64,000 bases of DNA from contig OY759969.1 in assembly GCA_963662865.1 (NCBI GenBank), forward strand, positions 1,707,638-1,771,637, written 5' to 3'. The stretch's first letter is position 1, and each line of letters starts with the position of its first letter. This DNA comes from Gammaproteobacteria bacterium (lineage in GTDB: Bacteria > Pseudomonadota > Gammaproteobacteria > JAJDYQ01). Below are positions 62,096 through 64,000 of the stretch, one piece after another. The position numbers and the translations under genes were made by a program. The notes under the pieces were generated by a model. It did not search any database. It worked only from the letters and a program-made list of their open reading frames with translations, and was not told the origin of the DNA.

Positions 62096-64000
62096 TTATC
62101 GAGACAGGGCTTCGAGTTCTCTGTATGCGTCTGTATTTTTCAGGTTTGTATTTTTTTGTATGTAGTCCCAGGGAGCCTTGCCGCTTCTATCTGCAAGTTT
62201 CGGATTGGCTCCGGCTGCCAACAGGGCCGCCATGATGCTCGGTTCTGCTGAGTATCTGGCCGCAAAATACAGGGGCGTCCGGTCGTATCGATTACGGATG
62301 TTAACATCGGCTCCGGCTTCTACCAGGGCGGCTATGATGCCCGGGGCTGAAGAAAATCTGGCAGCCATATGCAGCGGCGCCAGCGCGTCGTCTTCATCAC
62401 GGCTGCGGATGTTGGCATCTGCTCCGGCTTCTACCAGGGCGGTTATGACGCCCGGCACCGAAGAACGCCAGGCCACATAGTGCAACGGTGTCTGACCGTA
62501 TCTATTACGGCTGTTGACGTCTGCTCCGGCTTCCAGCAGGGCGGCTATGATACCCCGGTCTGAAGGTTTGGCGATGGCCGCCAAATGTAGCGGCGTCATG
62601 TCGTCTTCATCGCGGCTGTTGATGTCTCCCCGCCCATAGCGTATGCAATCCGCGATCTCCTGCGCCGTTGTGCGTCGAAAAAACTCATGTGAGTTGAGCG
62701 CACAACCGTCGGCCTGCACCTGTTTGGCGACTTCAAGACGCTGCTGCCCTTCCTCCAGCAGCGGCGAGTCCGGGTGCAGCTCACTGATACGGCTGAGATA
62801 ACCGGAGGCCTTGTCAAATTCCTTTTGTCCCAGCGCTTCATCAAACAGTTCCATATAGCTTGTTATCACCCGCTCCATCCCGGCCACGGCCTCCGAGTTT
62901 CCCGGTTGTAGATTCAAGACCCTCCGGTACATGTCCCAGGCATTGTTGTCGGCCGGACTTGTTAAACGCCTCGCTCGCAAGTTGGCGTCCGCCGCCGCCA
63001 GCAGCCGCGCTACATCTTCTTCCGTCTGACGTCGTCGTTCCCGTTCGGCCGCCTGCACCTGTTTGGCGACTTTAAGACGCTGCTGCCCTTCCTCCAGCAG
63101 CGGCGAGTCCGGGTGCAGCTCACTGATACGGCTGAGATAACCGGAGGCCTTGTCAAATTCCTTTTGTCCCAGCGCTTCATCAAACAGTTCCATATAGCTT
63201 GTTATCACCCGCTCCATCCCGGCCACGGCCTCCGAGTTTCCCGGTTGTAGATTCAAGACCCTCCGGTACATGTCCCAGGCATTGTTGTCGGCCGGACTTG
63301 TTAAACGCCTCGCTCGCAAGTTGGCGTCCGCCGCCGCCAGCAGCCGCGCTACATCTTCTTCCGTCTGACGTCGTCGTTCCCGTTCGGCCGCCTGCACCTG
63401 TTTGGCGACTTTAAGACGCTGCTGCCCTTTCTTCAGCATCGGCGAGTCCGGGTGCCGCTCCTTGATACGGCTGAGATAACCGGAGGCCTTGTCAAATTCC
63501 TTTTGTCCCATCGCTTCATTAAACAGTTCCATATAGCTTTTTATCACCCGCTCCATCCCGGCCACGGCCTCCGAGTTTCCCGGTTGTAGATTCAAGACCC
63601 TCCGGTACATGTCCCAGGCATTGTTGTCGGCCGGACTTGTTAAACGCCTCGCTCGCAAGTTGGCGTCCGCCGCCGCCAGCAGCCGCGCTACATCTTCTTC
63701 CGTCTGACGTCGTCGTTCCCGTTCGGCCGCCTGCACCTGTTTGGCGACTTTAAGACGCTGCTGCCCTTTCTTCAGCATCGGCGAGTCCGGGTGCCGCTCC
63801 TTGATACGGCTGAGATAACCGGAGGCCTTGTCAAATTCCTTTTGTCCCATCGCTTCATTAAACAGTTCCATATAGCTTTTTATCACCCGCTCCATCCCGG
63901 CCATGGCCTCCGAGTTTCCCGGTTGTAGATTCAAGACCCTCCGGTACATGTCCCAGGCATTGTTGTCGGCCGGACTTGTTAAACGCCTCGCTCGCAAGTT
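62096..64000 (-). CDS. ankyrin-repeat protein with N-terminal TPR/Sel1-like 113-aa tandem repeats (5' end outside the window)
   Basis: The C-terminal part holds about four ANK repeats (TPLH.AA......I..ALLEAGADVN). Upstream are at least 3.8 copies of a 113-aa unit (RRLTSPADNNAWDMYRRVLNLQPGNSEA...). The ORF is open to the window edge. Confidence 0.75.
   Translation of the reverse strand, partial: NLRARRLTSPADNNAWDMYRRVLNLQPGNSEAMAGMERVIKSYMELFNEAMGQKEFDKASGYLSRIKERHPDSPMLKKGQQRLKVAKQVQAAERERRRQTEEDVARLLAAADANLRARRLTSPADNNAWDMYRRVLNLQPGNSEAVAGMERVIKSYMELFNEAMGQKEFDKASGYLSRIKERHPDSPMLKKGQQRLKVAKQVQAAERERRRQTEEDVARLLAAADANLRARRLTSPADNNAWDMYRRVLNLQPGNSEAVAGMERVITSYMELFDEALGQKEFDKASGYLSRISELHPDSPLLEEGQQRLKVAKQVQAAERERRRQTEEDVARLLAAADANLRARRLTSPADNNAWDMYRRVLNLQPGNSEAVAGMERVITSYMELFDEALGQKEFDKASGYLSRISELHPDSPLLEEGQQRLEVAKQVQADGCALNSHEFFRRTTAQEIADCIRYGRGDINSRDEDDMTPLHLAAIAKPSDRGIIAALLEAGADVNSRNRYGQTPLHYVAWRSSVPGVITALVEAGADANIRSRDEDDALAPLHMAARFSSAPGIIAALVEAGADVNIRNRYDRTPLYFAARYSAEPSIMAALLAAGANPKLADRSGKAPWDYIQKNTNLKNTDAYRELEALSR
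62712..64000. repeat. 339-bp near-identical tandem repeats (at least 3.8 copies, truncated by the window end)
   Basis: The landmark GCCTGCACCTGTTTGGCGACTT recurs at about 62712, 63051, 63390 and 63729. Shadow ORFs 62860-63075 and 63199-63414 translate identically. Confidence 0.9.

Overview
Chromosomal segment that reads as a gammaproteobacterium on gene order: petABC; mlaC-murA-hisGD; ampD; folBK/plsY/tsaD/rpsU; argJ; leuS; SURF1-ctaA-ctaB haem-A assembly genes; rsmI/lpoA-yraN-diaA-dolP; sspB; psd-pssA; ilvIHC. A secreted Gly/Tyr-rich repeat protein and several small c-type cytochromes fit a sulfur-oxidising or symbiotic lifestyle, but that is inference only. Several accessory elements sit in this housekeeping backbone. 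(1) Two paralogous, visibly GC-richer giant autotransporter-type surface proteins (1467 aa at 8.5-12.9 kb; 3597 aa at 40.7-51.5 kb) are built from Calx-beta/cadherin-like modules. They share a near-identical C-terminal beta-domain, 3' flank, promoter and 5' leader. (2) Each gene carries an uninterrupted poly-C tract in its 5' coding leader: 50 nt in the short paralog (out of frame as sequenced) and 38 nt in the long one (in frame, 14 Pro). This looks like a slipped-strand phase-variation switch with unusually long tracts. (3) A low-GC HMW1C-like cytoplasmic N-glycosyltransferase sits immediately downstream of leuS and is a candidate modifier of these adhesins. (4) The long paralog contains about 860-bp super-repeats that are near-identical except for Cys-bracketed hypervariable loops. 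(5) An ankyrin-repeat protein has near-identical 339-bp tandem repeats and runs off the window end. (6) A small AT-rich islet carries a cupin gene and a decayed DUF3465 gene. No rRNA, tRNA, CRISPR array, transposase or integrase was recognised. All coordinates and counts are hand-derived, and tract lengths in particular need read-level confirmation.
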